64,000 nt of DNA, from positions 5,250-69,249 of the forward strand of contig JAGBHU010000052.1 of NCBI GenBank assembly GCA_017935345.1, read 5' to 3'. The position numbers were made by a program, and so were the translations under genes. Under the pieces are notes generated by a model, which saw nothing but the letters and a program-made list of their open reading frames with translations, ran no database searches and was not told the DNA's origin. Of the stretch, positions 9,605 through 19,210 are shown piece after piece. The DNA comes from Coprococcus sp. (lineage in GTDB: Bacteria > Bacillota > Clostridia > Lachnospirales > Lachnospiraceae). Each line of letters begins with the position of its first letter. The stretch's first letter is position 1.

Positions 9605-10573
9605 ATGATGGAAATAAAAATGAAAAAGCCACAGATTGCAATAGAAGCAGAAAAAGGGAAAAGAAGAACACTTGGAGCGGAAATCGGAATTTTTATTCTG
9701 GTGTTTTTCATAGGTTCTCTTGTCGCGGGCATTATTCCTGCCGTATATGACATGGTTGCCATGTTGAATGACGAGGATACACTCAATAAGATAGAAGAAG
9801 CAATCCTCAATCCGAATGGGGCGTTTAGCGGTATGATGGATATCGTCATGGATATGACGGATGGAATGTACATTATAACATTGTTTTGTACATTCATCGT
9901 AATACTTACCGCCATCCTTTATTGTACAAAAATAGAAAAACGCAGCCTTTACTCTATGGGAATTACAAGGGAGCATGCCGGAACGCATTATGGTATAGGG
10001 CTTGCCTTTGGCTTGGTGCTTTTTTCATTATGCGTAGGCATTGCAGCACTGCTTGGCGGAATCCGATTTGAAGGATTGCGGGAAAATATAAATCCGTTTA
10101 TTGTTATTCTTTATCTTGTCGGCTTTGGGATACAGGGCTTTAGTGAGGAGATTATGTTCCGAGGCTATTTCATGGTCAGTATTATGAAAAAAAGCTCGGT
10201 AACAAAGGCTATATTCATTAATTCACTGGCATTTGCCATAGCACATATGCTCAATCCGGGCCTTACCGTTGTTGCATTTATCAACCTCATGCTGATAGGT
10301 GTGCTGATGTCCGTATATGTAATGAAAACAAATAACATATGGGGCGCAGCGGCTTTTCATTCCATGTGGAATTTTGCACAAGGGATATTATACGGAATAT
10401 CGGTCAGCGGAACAGATGCAAAGAGTGCAGTGCTGTTGACGGAAAGCACAGGCGCAAAAATAATAAATGGCGGATTGTTCGGTTTGGAGGCAAGTATCGT
10501 AACAACAATTGTCGTGGCGGCTGCACTTGGAATGCTGCTATATATGAAACCGAATCGTGAAGAAACGGTATAA
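9605..10573 (+). CDS. CPBP family intramembrane glutamic endopeptidase (CAAX protease/Abi family)
   Basis: 322 aa polytopic; EEIMFRGY, FAIAHM and HSMWN motifs. Confidence 0.8.
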   Translation: MMEIKMKKPQIAIEAEKGKRRTLGAEIGIFILVFFIGSLVAGIIPAVYDMVAMLNDEDTLNKIEEAILNPNGAFSGMMDIVMDMTDGMYIITLFCTFIVILTAILYCTKIEKRSLYSMGITREHAGTHYGIGLAFGLVLFSLCVGIAALLGGIRFEGLRENINPFIVILYLVGFGIQGFSEEIMFRGYFMVSIMKKSSVTKAIFINSLAFAIAHMLNPGLTVVAFINLMLIGVLMSVYVMKTNNIWGAAAFHSMWNFAQGILYGISVSGTDAKSAVLLTESTGAKIINGGLFGLEASIVTTIVVAAALGMLLYMKPNREETV

Positions 10574-10609
10574 AGCAAATAAAATATCTTTTATGGAAAC
10601 ATACTTATA

Positions 10610-10655
10610 AAAAATCTTCGGGACCGGCAATTTTACCGGTCTCGAAGATTTCTTA
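10610..10655. terminator. bidirectional intrinsic terminator
   Basis: aaatcttcgggaccgg / ccggtctcgaagattt 16 bp inverted repeat. Confidence 0.6.
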
Positions 10656-11687
10656 TTATTCCGCCGTATTAAATTCAAGCTCCAAATCAAAGATAAAATT
10701 CAGGACTCTTCGTACATTCAGCAGATTATCTTCTGATAAACCCGGAAAACAAAGATATACATCATCATATCCAAGATTGAATGTTTTTGCAAAATTGGTA
10801 TCACTGATATCAATGGCAAATTCAACGATATCACCATTATAATTGGCGACGCTCAGAATTCTGTCCTTATATTCATCGCCTGTCATAAGACCGTATAAAT
10901 CAGTCGTAAGACTTTCGTTCAGTGGATGTATCAGTGATTTGGCTGCACAACATTCAACACCCTTTTTATTAGAAATAATTACATCATAATAATTATCCGC
11001 ACAGGAGACAGGAAATGATGTATAAGCAGCAGCATTTGGATTACTGTTATAATTTTCGTCATAGGTGTCTAAATCCATGATGACAGAGGTAGTAGATACA
11101 ATCTGCTGTTTATTTGTAAAACCGTAATAGTCCATATAGTTATCTTCTATCATATCGGTATTCAGATTATATATGTTCGGGGTGTTCAGAACGGCATAGG
11201 AAAGCACAATAGGTCGTTTGTTCTTATATATGGTAATGGCTGTTGCAAGAATTCCCACGATTACGGCAGCGGTTACAATCAGTTTCCAAATGTTATAAGT
11301 AAGAAAGTGGTTGATTTTTCCTTTTGTATCCATCTTGGCCATATCATCCTTAAAACGCTGTCGGAGTATTTTCTTTCGTTCACGTTTCGTAAGACCGCTT
11401 AATTCCAGGCTGTCTTCGATATTCAAATCTTCCTTGGGAGCCGCCTTACGGGGGTCTTTGTCAGCGGCAGCCTCATCAACCTGGCGTGACGGTTGGTTCT
11501 TTTTCTCTTCCGTACCGTTTTGACTATCTTGTTCAAACTGCGTATCGTTGTCATTTTGACCGTCTTGTTCAACCTGCGTATCGTTGTCGCTTTGGCTGTC
11601 TTGTTCAACCTGTGTATCGTTGTCATTTTGACCGTCTTGTTCAATCTGTGTATCGTTGTCATTTTGATTATCCTGAACTTTTTTCAT
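10656..11687 (-). CDS. hypothetical single-pass membrane protein with N-terminal acidic 12-aa tandem repeats
   Basis: 343 aa; N-terminus (QNDNDTQVEQDG)x5, one TM helix (IWKLIVTAAVIVGILATAITIY), about 190 aa extracytoplasmic domain; no family recognised. Confidence 0.5.
   Translation of the reverse strand: MKKVQDNQNDNDTQIEQDGQNDNDTQVEQDSQSDNDTQVEQDGQNDNDTQFEQDSQNGTEEKKNQPSRQVDEAAADKDPRKAAPKEDLNIEDSLELSGLTKRERKKILRQRFKDDMAKMDTKGKINHFLTYNIWKLIVTAAVIVGILATAITIYKNKRPIVLSYAVLNTPNIYNLNTDMIEDNYMDYYGFTNKQQIVSTTSVIMDLDTYDENYNSNPNAAAYTSFPVSCADNYYDVIISNKKGVECCAAKSLIHPLNESLTTDLYGLMTGDEYKDRILSVANYNGDIVEFAIDISDTNFAKTFNLGYDDVYLCFPGLSEDNLLNVRRVLNFIFDLELEFNTAE
11510..11680. repeat. 36 bp in-frame tandem repeat (about 4.7 copies)
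   Basis: unit ttttgaccgtcttgttcaacctgcgtatcgttgtca seen directly; creates spurious plus-strand ORFs 11486-11785 and 11493-11759. Confidence 0.7.
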
Positions 11688-11900
11688 GTCAAATTCTCCT
11701 CATATCTATCGTTATATTTTGCAATGCAATTATATTATCACAGGCCGGCGGGGATATAAATAGAACAAATGTAAAAAAAGAATGAAATTTTAAAAAGTGT
11801 TTACTTTAAAAAAAATCTATATTATGATTGTATAGTGCGTTTACGGGCTTGAATGTCTGTGCGGCATATAACGAATGAAATAAAGAAGGGTGAATTGATT

Positions 11901-12965
11901 ATGGGAGTAAAACTAAAACGTTTTTTACATAAGTTTTTTAAAATATTTATCATATTTATGCTTGTGACACTTGCAATCAATCTGATTATTCTGGCTGCGC
12001 TGTACGGAAATCATAAAAGTAAAATGAAAAAGGAATCCGTTTATATGTATGAACCGGGGGAAATGGTGGAAATTGACGGACATAAGGTCCATCTCTATGA
12101 GTCCGGAAATTTAGATTCTGAAAAGACAATCGTATTTTTACATGGAGGACTTTCGGTTGATGACTCTATTGCGTTACAGCCATTGTTTGCGGAGCTGTCG
12201 GAATACCATCTTGTATATATAGACAGAACGGGGTATGGTTTCAGCCTGAGTGCGGGAGTAGAAAAAGATATTGATTCCATTTTGGAGGAAACCAGAAGCG
12301 TCCTTAAAAAGGCGGGAATATCAGGGCCGTACATCTTGGCAGCATCAGGTTCGGCAGGTGTAGAGGCGGTTTATTGGGCTCATACCTATAAAGATGAAGT
12401 AGAAGCTATAATCGGAATGGATATGAACTATCCTGAGCAGTTTGAGTCAACTACCACAGAGGATTATGCAGGATTTTTTGACTATATGATGGTAAAGTTC
12501 TGTTCAATCGGCGGAATGCGGTTGATGAAAAATTCGATGCCGAATGATATCAGGGGGATATATACGGAAATGCAGATGGCGACCCGTAATGCCCTGGTTG
12601 CCCAAAGAGCTTATACACAGGATATGTTCGAGGAAAATGAATCTACCGTAGAGAATGCGGCAAAGGTAAATGCGCTTGGATGGCCGGAGGAAATGCCAAT
12701 GCTGATGCTTTTGGCGAACCCGATTATGGAGCCGTATATTAATGATGATGAATCCGTTAAAAAGACTTTTGATAAGATTCTTGATGATGCTGATGAATAT
12801 GATTATGTATCAATGTATAATCAGATGTCAAAAGAGTATTATGCGCAATTTAAAAACGTAACGGTGGAAGAATTGTCAGGTCCTTCCAGATTGTACACAT
12901 ATTGTCCGAAAGAGGTTGCAGAGAGGATAAAAGCATATATAGGGGATAATCTGAATAAAGATTAA
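11901..12965 (+). CDS. membrane-anchored alpha/beta-hydrolase fold protein
   Basis: ORF 11853-12965; start preferred at MGVKLKRF (11901); N-terminal TM; FLHGG and nucleophile elbow ASGSAG. Confidence 0.6.
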   Translation: MGVKLKRFLHKFFKIFIIFMLVTLAINLIILAALYGNHKSKMKKESVYMYEPGEMVEIDGHKVHLYESGNLDSEKTIVFLHGGLSVDDSIALQPLFAELSEYHLVYIDRTGYGFSLSAGVEKDIDSILEETRSVLKKAGISGPYILAASGSAGVEAVYWAHTYKDEVEAIIGMDMNYPEQFESTTTEDYAGFFDYMMVKFCSIGGMRLMKNSMPNDIRGIYTEMQMATRNALVAQRAYTQDMFEENESTVENAAKVNALGWPEEMPMLMLLANPIMEPYINDDESVKKTFDKILDDADEYDYVSMYNQMSKEYYAQFKNVTVEELSGPSRLYTYCPKEVAERIKAYIGDNLNKD

Positions 12966-13111
12966 TGTAAGGTTGATACAATAATACAACTATTTTATAA
13001 TTGTTTGAAAATTTAAAAAATTCCTATGGAAAAATACGTTTTGTACATCATTTTTCATAAGGCTGTAATTAGGAAAATGTACAAAAAAGATAAAAAAGGA
13101 TAAAAAAAGAC

Positions 13112-13140
13112 TTGCCAAATTATATAATATGTCCTATAAT
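13112..13140 (+). promoter_or_regulatory. sigma-A promoter TTGCCA-17-TATAAT for sugar ABC operon
   Basis: sequence cttgccaaattatataatatgtcctataat. Confidence 0.45.
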
Positions 13141-13149
13141 TAGCATGTG

Positions 13150-13170
13150 TTGACAAGGAATTTTTGTCAA
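13150..13170. promoter_or_regulatory. perfect palindrome TTGACAA-N7-TTGTCAA (candidate repressor operator) just downstream of -10
   Basis: tgTTGACAAggaatttTTGTCAAta seen directly, 10 bp after the TATAAT. Confidence 0.35.
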
Positions 13171-13326
13171 TAATATCATAAGTGAGTCATAACGATTTGT
13201 TTTTACTATTGAAGAAAAATTACAAATCAAACATATGACTTGAGCATTCCTGGAGAGGCTTTACTCTAGGTCAGTACATAAGTCTTGAGTGGAATAGCAC
13301 ACATATTTTAAAAGGAGGGTTTTTTT

Positions 13327-14727
13327 GTGAGAAAAATCAAAAAGGCATTGGCTCTTTCATTAGCACTTGCTATGGGCTTATCACTTTGTGCTTGTGGAGA
13401 CAAGGAAGAAGATAAGACAACAGAGTCAACAACAGAGGCAACAACAGAGGCAACAACAGAGGGAGGATCAGAAGATACTCCTTCAACAGAAGAAGGCGGC
13501 GAAGAGTCAGGTGTACCATTTGACGTTGAGAAGGCTGGATCAGGCGAGACAATTTACGTTTATTCATGGAATGATGAGTTAGGAAAGCGTATTGATTCTC
13601 ATTTCAAAACAAGATATCCTGATTTAGCAGACAAGGTTGTTTACAGAAACCTTAACGTATCAGGTACAGAGTCAGAGTATCCTGCAAAGATTCAGAATGC
13701 AGCAGAGACTGGCGATGAGTATCCATCAGTATTTGCAGCAGATGAGTCAGTTATGAAGAGCTACGCTGCTAAGGATTTCACAGCTCCTATGTCAGAGGCT
13801 GGTATCACATTAGACATGTACAGCAACGCTTACCAGTACACAATTGATTTCGCTACAATTGATGGTCAGCTTATGGCTACTACATGGCAGGCAACACCTG
13901 GTATCCTTTGCTACAACAAGGCAATGGCTGAGGAAGTTCTCGGAACATCAGATCCTGCAGAGGTTCAGGAAATGGTTAAGGATTGGGATGCATTCTTCGC
14001 TACAGCAGACAAGATTAAGGAAGCTGGTTACTTCATGTTATCAGGTGCTGACGAGCTTAAGTACCCATACCTTGCTAACAAGGAGAATCCATGGGTAGTA
14101 GATGGCAAGCTTGTTATCTCAGATTCAACAAAGGAAATGTTAGAGATGTCAAAGAAGGCTTGGGACGGTGGTTACACAACAGGTGCAACACAGTGGTCAA
14201 CAGAGTGGACAGCTAACATGTCAAATGGTAAGGTATTCTGCTTCTTTGGTACAACATGGTTCATGAGTGATACAGTATTCGTAACAGAAGATGTTAAGTA
14301 TCAGACATGTGCAGGTCCTATGGGTTACTACTGGGGTGGTTCATACCTGTTATACGGCAAGGATTGTCCAAACCCAGAGTTAGCAGGTCTCCTTATCTAC
14401 ACATTAACATGTGATACAGATGCTATGTACGATATCATCTCTAAGGATGCTGACTTCTGTAACAATCAGGAAGCAGTTGCTAAGGCAATTGAAAACGGTG
14501 ACGGTGCTCTTGATAAGCTTGATGGACAGAATCCATACGAAGCATTTGATGCAGGTGCTAAGATGATCGATATGAGCAAGTCAACAGCTTATGATAGCCA
14601 GATTAACAACAGCTTATCAACAGTTTCAGGTTCATACAACAATGGCGAGTACGCTAACGTTGATGAGGCTATAGCTGCTCTTAAGGCTGATGTTGCTGCA
14701 ACAATTACAGACATTACAGTTGAGTAA
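13327..14727 (+). CDS. ABC transporter substrate-binding lipoprotein (carbohydrate uptake, family 1 SBP)
   Basis: 466 aa; GTG start after AAAGGAGGG; lipobox LSLCACG; TEATTEATTE linker; SBP-like fold; followed by two permease genes. Confidence 0.85.
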   Translation: MRKIKKALALSLALAMGLSLCACGDKEEDKTTESTTEATTEATTEGGSEDTPSTEEGGEESGVPFDVEKAGSGETIYVYSWNDELGKRIDSHFKTRYPDLADKVVYRNLNVSGTESEYPAKIQNAAETGDEYPSVFAADESVMKSYAAKDFTAPMSEAGITLDMYSNAYQYTIDFATIDGQLMATTWQATPGILCYNKAMAEEVLGTSDPAEVQEMVKDWDAFFATADKIKEAGYFMLSGADELKYPYLANKENPWVVDGKLVISDSTKEMLEMSKKAWDGGYTTGATQWSTEWTANMSNGKVFCFFGTTWFMSDTVFVTEDVKYQTCAGPMGYYWGGSYLLYGKDCPNPELAGLLIYTLTCDTDAMYDIISKDADFCNNQEAVAKAIENGDGALDKLDGQNPYEAFDAGAKMIDMSKSTAYDSQINNSLSTVSGSYNNGEYANVDEAIAALKADVAATITDITVE

Positions 14728-14759
14728 TTAAAATACCAATAGCTTAATAGCTAAAATAA

Positions 14760-14792
14760 GTTATGCACCGGCTTGTCCGGTGCATAATTTAA
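14760..14792 (+). terminator. hairpin, probable attenuator or terminator after SBP gene
   Basis: atgcaccgg...ccggtgcat stem; weak T-run. Confidence 0.4.
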
Positions 14793-14913
14793 AAATTAAC
14801 ATAATATCGCTGTTAGGCATTTTACAAAAAACATTGATTTTGCAGTGTTTTTTGTAAAATGTCTGACGGAGGATACGTGAAAAAGTTATTAAAAAAATTA
14901 GGGATGTGAAAAA

Positions 14914-15885
14914 ATGAAAAAGAAGACAGTTGAATATGGTAAGTATGGCTATATGTTTATAGCGCCATTCTTCTTGGTATTCTTAATTTTTCAGTTGTAT
15001 CCGCTGATTTATACATTCTATCTGAGCTTTGTTGAATACAGAATGGCTAGTGGAAAACTGACGGACCCTTCATTCTGCGGTTTTGACAATTATCTCAAGG
15101 TTCTTAAGAGCCATGATTTCATGACGGGTAAGGATGTATGGATTAATACAATTCCAATGAATACAATTAAGAATACAATTATTATCTGGGTGATTAACTT
15201 TATCCCACAGATTCTGTTATCATTACTTTTAGCTGCATGGTTTACAGATACTGTAGTTAAGCTTAAAGGTCAGGGTGCATTCAAGGTAATGATGTTCCTT
15301 CCAAATATTATCACAGCTTCTTCAATTGCGGTATTGTTCAACAGCTTATTCGGTAATAATGGTCCATTTACATTGATTGTTCGAAAACTTCCGGGACTGA
15401 GTGATTATAGTTTCTTAAATAGTGCGGGTGGTACGATCGGACTGATTGGCTTTATGCAGTTCTGGATGTGGTATGGAAATACAATGATCGTATTGATTGC
15501 CGGTATTTTGGGTATCAATCCATCACTTTATGAAGCAGCAATGGTTGACGGAGCAAATGGAAAACAGCAGTTCTTTAAGATTACTTTACCATTGCTTAAG
15601 CCTATTCTTCAGTTTACACTTGTTACATCGGCTATCGGTGGTCTTCAGATGTACGATATACCGGCAATGTTCAATGTAAACAATGGTATCGGTCAGCCTG
15701 GTCGAGTATCTCATACTGTAACAATGATGATTCGTGAGATTGCATTCTCTCAGAACAATGACTATGGATATGCCGGTGCATTATCTGTTATTTTGTTCAT
15801 ATTTACTTTAGCAATAAGCATGATATTCTTTGCAGCAACAAGGGATAAAGAAGCAAAGCAGAAGCATGCTGTTAAGAAGGGTTAG
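14914..15885 (+). CDS. carbohydrate ABC transporter permease (MalF/UgpA-like)
   Basis: 323 aa, 6 TM; EAA-loop region AAMVDGANGKQQFFKITLP. Confidence 0.88.
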   Translation: MKKKTVEYGKYGYMFIAPFFLVFLIFQLYPLIYTFYLSFVEYRMASGKLTDPSFCGFDNYLKVLKSHDFMTGKDVWINTIPMNTIKNTIIIWVINFIPQILLSLLLAAWFTDTVVKLKGQGAFKVMMFLPNIITASSIAVLFNSLFGNNGPFTLIVRKLPGLSDYSFLNSAGGTIGLIGFMQFWMWYGNTMIVLIAGILGINPSLYEAAMVDGANGKQQFFKITLPLLKPILQFTLVTSAIGGLQMYDIPAMFNVNNGIGQPGRVSHTVTMMIREIAFSQNNDYGYAGALSVILFIFTLAISMIFFAATRDKEAKQKHAVKKG

Positions 15886-15897
15886 GAGGTGAATGTA

Positions 15898-16776
15898 ATG
15901 ACAAATAGTGGTACATCAGTAGATGAGAGCTATACAGCAAAAATTAGAGCTAAGAAGATATTTCGTACGGTTATATGTATACTCCTTTGCTTTATTAGTA
16001 TATTCCCGTTCTATGTAATGATAGTAAATGCAACATTACCTTCATCAAGAATCCAGCAGGGTCTTGCTTTCATACCTGGTACAGAGGCTATTAAGAACTT
16101 TACAGGTATGTTGAGAGAAACAGCCGGTACTGCTACAAGTATTTGGCAGGCTATGTTACATAGTGTTATTATAACTGTTCCTGCAACGATACTTCAGGTA
16201 TATTGTGCAACATTAACAGCATATGGTATTACGGTATATAGCTTTAAGTTAAGAAATATTGCATGGTCATTCATTATGGCAATTATGATGATCCCTGCAC
16301 AGGTATCAATTATTGGTTTCATGGCATTCATGAAGCAGATAGGACTTTATGGTTCATATCTTACACTGATTATTCCTGCCGCAGCGGCTCCATCAACGGT
16401 TTACTTTATGAAGCAGTATATGCAGAGTGCTCTTTCTGTTGAGATTATTGAGGCAGCCAGAATTGATGGTTCAGGCGAGTTTTCAACATTTAACAAAATA
16501 GCATTGCCACTGATGAAGCCGGCTATGGCTACACAGGCTATTTTCGCATTTATTGCATCATGGAATAACCTGTATACACCTACAATGATGATTGCTGATA
16601 CAAAGAAGTATACACTTCCTATGTTCGTACAGGGCTTAAAGTCAGATGCGATTAGAATTAATTATGGTTATGTATATGTAGGTCTTACACTTACAGTTTT
16701 ACCATTGTTAATTGTTTACTTCGTATTATCAAAGTATATTATCGCCGGTGTTGCACTCGGTGGTGTAAAAGAGTAA
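15898..16776 (+). CDS. carbohydrate ABC transporter permease (MalG/UgpE-like)
   Basis: ORF 15889-16776; ATG 15898 preferred (AGGAGG 8 nt upstream); EAARIDGSGEFSTFNKIALP EAA motif. Confidence 0.88.
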   Translation: MTNSGTSVDESYTAKIRAKKIFRTVICILLCFISIFPFYVMIVNATLPSSRIQQGLAFIPGTEAIKNFTGMLRETAGTATSIWQAMLHSVIITVPATILQVYCATLTAYGITVYSFKLRNIAWSFIMAIMMIPAQVSIIGFMAFMKQIGLYGSYLTLIIPAAAAPSTVYFMKQYMQSALSVEIIEAARIDGSGEFSTFNKIALPLMKPAMATQAIFAFIASWNNLYTPTMMIADTKKYTLPMFVQGLKSDAIRINYGYVYVGLTLTVLPLLIVYFVLSKYIIAGVALGGVKE

Positions 16777-16802
16777 TACAATATTGATAAAAAACGATAT
16801 GT

Positions 16803-16840
16803 TTAGACCGGCTTGCTTTTGCAAGCCGGTCTTTTTTATG
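16803..16840 (+). terminator. intrinsic terminator after ABC operon
   Basis: agaccggcttgc / gcaagccggtct 12 bp stem plus tttttt. Confidence 0.65.
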
Positions 16841-16921
16841 TAAATAATGTGAAATGGCTTGACGGAAACAGGCAATTACAATACAATAAATTGTCGTATA
16901 AAGAGAACGGAGGGCAAAGAA

Positions 16922-18007
16922 ATGCATAAGCATATAAATAAATTGATTGTAGCAGCCTTAGGCGTGTCTATGGTACTGGGGATGACAGGCTGTAGTAATA
17001 ATAAGAACGGTAATGTGGATGCAGTATATAGTGAGAAAGAGGCATCAACAACAAAGGCATTATCCATTGGGGATTACGATATCTACATGGATGAGGTAAC
17101 TATGTATGCGATGCAGGAGATATATCTGTATGGATTGTCTTCCGATTCACTGACGGATGAAGATATAGAAACAAATAAGGAAGCAGTACTTTCTTTGCTC
17201 AGACAGAATAAAATTATATATAATGTTGCCATCAATAATGATGTCGAGCTGACTGACAGCGATAAGGAATATGTAGAAAATTCCGTAGCGAATTTTAAAT
17301 CCAGATTTGATGAGGATATACTTGGGGCATACGGTATTTCTGACGATACTGTTCAACGGATTTTTGAGGAACAGGCGATTGTATCTAAATTTGAGAATGA
17401 TATAAAAAATGATATGGGACAGACGATAGAAGAAGACATGAAGAAGCAGTTTGGGGATGTAAAGTTCCATAGTTTATATTATATGCTGTTCCCTACAGTT
17501 GAAATAGAGGACGGAAATCCGAAGAAGAATAGTGATGGCAGTTATGTATATGTATCGGATGAAGAAAAAGAAAAGATAAAGAAACAGGCTGAAGAGGCGC
17601 GCCAGAAAATCGTGGATGGCGCATCCTATACGGACGTTGCTGCTGAGTATGGAATCGCTGATTATTCCAGTGAGCGTACAGGTTATGTAGGCTCCTATGA
17701 TACGGACGAGATGAATGAGCTTATGGATACCATGAAAAACGGAGAATGTATGGAGGTGTATGAGGATACACTTGGATATGCAGTTGTTGTCATGGTTAAC
17801 GCTGATGATGCTGAATTGAGAGACAGCTTTATCAGTTATACGGTATCGGATACATTATCCAGCGAATATGAAAAGGTTGAGAAAATGTGGCTTAGTACAA
17901 TTCCTGTTGATACCGAAAATGACTTGGAGGGTACCGTATGGGCTGATTTTGATTTTGTCGGTCTTATCAAAGCGATGGAGAAGAAGGGTATCGTTGGAAA
18001 TCAATAA
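16922..18007 (+). CDS. lipoprotein with degenerate parvulin-like (PrsA/SurA-like) domain
   Basis: ORF 16859-18007; start at MHKHINK (16922); lipobox LGMTGC; segment VAAEYGIADYSSERTGYVGSY...GYAVVVM aligns by eye to the PrsA parvulin domain but lacks the catalytic His. Confidence 0.4.
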   Translation: MHKHINKLIVAALGVSMVLGMTGCSNNKNGNVDAVYSEKEASTTKALSIGDYDIYMDEVTMYAMQEIYLYGLSSDSLTDEDIETNKEAVLSLLRQNKIIYNVAINNDVELTDSDKEYVENSVANFKSRFDEDILGAYGISDDTVQRIFEEQAIVSKFENDIKNDMGQTIEEDMKKQFGDVKFHSLYYMLFPTVEIEDGNPKKNSDGSYVYVSDEEKEKIKKQAEEARQKIVDGASYTDVAAEYGIADYSSERTGYVGSYDTDEMNELMDTMKNGECMEVYEDTLGYAVVVMVNADDAELRDSFISYTVSDTLSSEYEKVEKMWLSTIPVDTENDLEGTVWADFDFVGLIKAMEKKGIVGNQ

Positions 18008-18145
18008 AAGTTTGTCGTGTATTTTTTAAATAAAAATAAAGGATTATGAAAAAGTCTGTAGAATATTCATATTGTACGGACTTTTTTTGTTGTTGCCCTG
18101 CATTCGGAAGAAACTGTCGGGGCAGGTTTTGCAGGTGGAGGGAAT

Positions 18146-19159
18146 ATGACGATTCGTGAGACACAGGAAGCGATAGAACATAAGATACTCAATCAATATG
18201 CCGCATTTAGTGATCAATCCAAAGGAAGAGATGTAGAGGAAGCTCAATGTGATTTAAGGACTGTGTATCAAAGAGACAGAGACAGAATACTTCATTGTAA
18301 GGCATTTAGAAGACTGAAGCATAAGACACAGGTTTTTTTGTCACCCGGTGATGACCATTATAGAACAAGACTGACCCATACGCTTGAGGTGTCCCAGATA
18401 GCCAGAACGATTGCAAGGTCATTGCGGTTAAATGAAGATTTGACGGAGGCGATTGCACTTGGTCATGATTTGGGACATACTCCATTTGGGCATGCAGGAG
18501 AACGTGCTTTATCGGCTTGTGCCAAAAAGCCTTTCAGGCACAATGAGCAAAGTGTGCGGATCGTGGAGAAGCTGGAGGATAAAGGCGCAGGCCTTAATTT
18601 GACATGGGAAGTCCGTGATGGAATATTGAACCATAAGAGTGCGTGTATGCCGTCAACACTGGAAGGACAGGTGGTAAGACTGGCGGACAAGATTGCATAT
18701 GTCAATCATGATATAGATGATGCAATCAGAGGGAATATATTGCGGGAAGAGGATTTGCCGATACCTGTTACGGATGTTTTAGGCCATAACACAAGAGACA
18801 GGCTGAACTGCCTGATACATGACGTGATAGAGGCCAGTGAAGGCAGGGATAAGGTATGTATGTCTGACAATATAGCAGAGGCGCTTGGAAAGCTTCGTAC
18901 ATACATGTTTGATTATCTCTATACAAATCCCATTGCAAAAAGCGAGGAAACGAAAGCGGATAAGATGATAAAGATATTGTTTGAATATTTTTCAGAAGAT
19001 GTAAGCCGTTTAACGAATGAATGTGTAGAGATGATCTATATGGGAGAAGACAAGGAAACGGTAGTATGTGATTATATAGCAGGTATGACGGATAACTATG
19101 CGATAGAAACCTTTAAGAATATTTATATTCCAAAATCATGGAGGACATCAATATCCTGA
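18146..19159 (+). CDS. dgt: dGTP triphosphohydrolase-like HD-domain protein
   Basis: 337 aa; HD motif HDLGHTPFGHAGE; positioned directly upstream of dnaG-rpoD as in many Firmicutes. Confidence 0.85.
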   Translation: MTIRETQEAIEHKILNQYAAFSDQSKGRDVEEAQCDLRTVYQRDRDRILHCKAFRRLKHKTQVFLSPGDDHYRTRLTHTLEVSQIARTIARSLRLNEDLTEAIALGHDLGHTPFGHAGERALSACAKKPFRHNEQSVRIVEKLEDKGAGLNLTWEVRDGILNHKSACMPSTLEGQVVRLADKIAYVNHDIDDAIRGNILREEDLPIPVTDVLGHNTRDRLNCLIHDVIEASEGRDKVCMSDNIAEALGKLRTYMFDYLYTNPIAKSEETKADKMIKILFEYFSEDVSRLTNECVEMIYMGEDKETVVCDYIAGMTDNYAIETFKNIYIPKSWRTSIS

Positions 19160-19210
19160 GAACGCTGCGTTGTACCAGTCAGACGGACCGGGAGCAAAGG
19201 AGGAGTTTGC

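Noticed and set aside
11423-11785. ORFs 11423-11662(-), 11486-11785(+), 11493-11759(+)
   Set aside because: They are alternative frames through the 36 bp tandem repeat of the 10656-11687 gene. Only the 343 aa frame has an RBS, a TM helix and a sensible domain layout.
18146-19159. dGTPase as a possible anti-phage dNTP-depletion defence gene
   Set aside because: It sits in the conserved dgt-dnaG-rpoD-trmK housekeeping arrangement with no mobile or defence context, so it is most likely the housekeeping paralogue.
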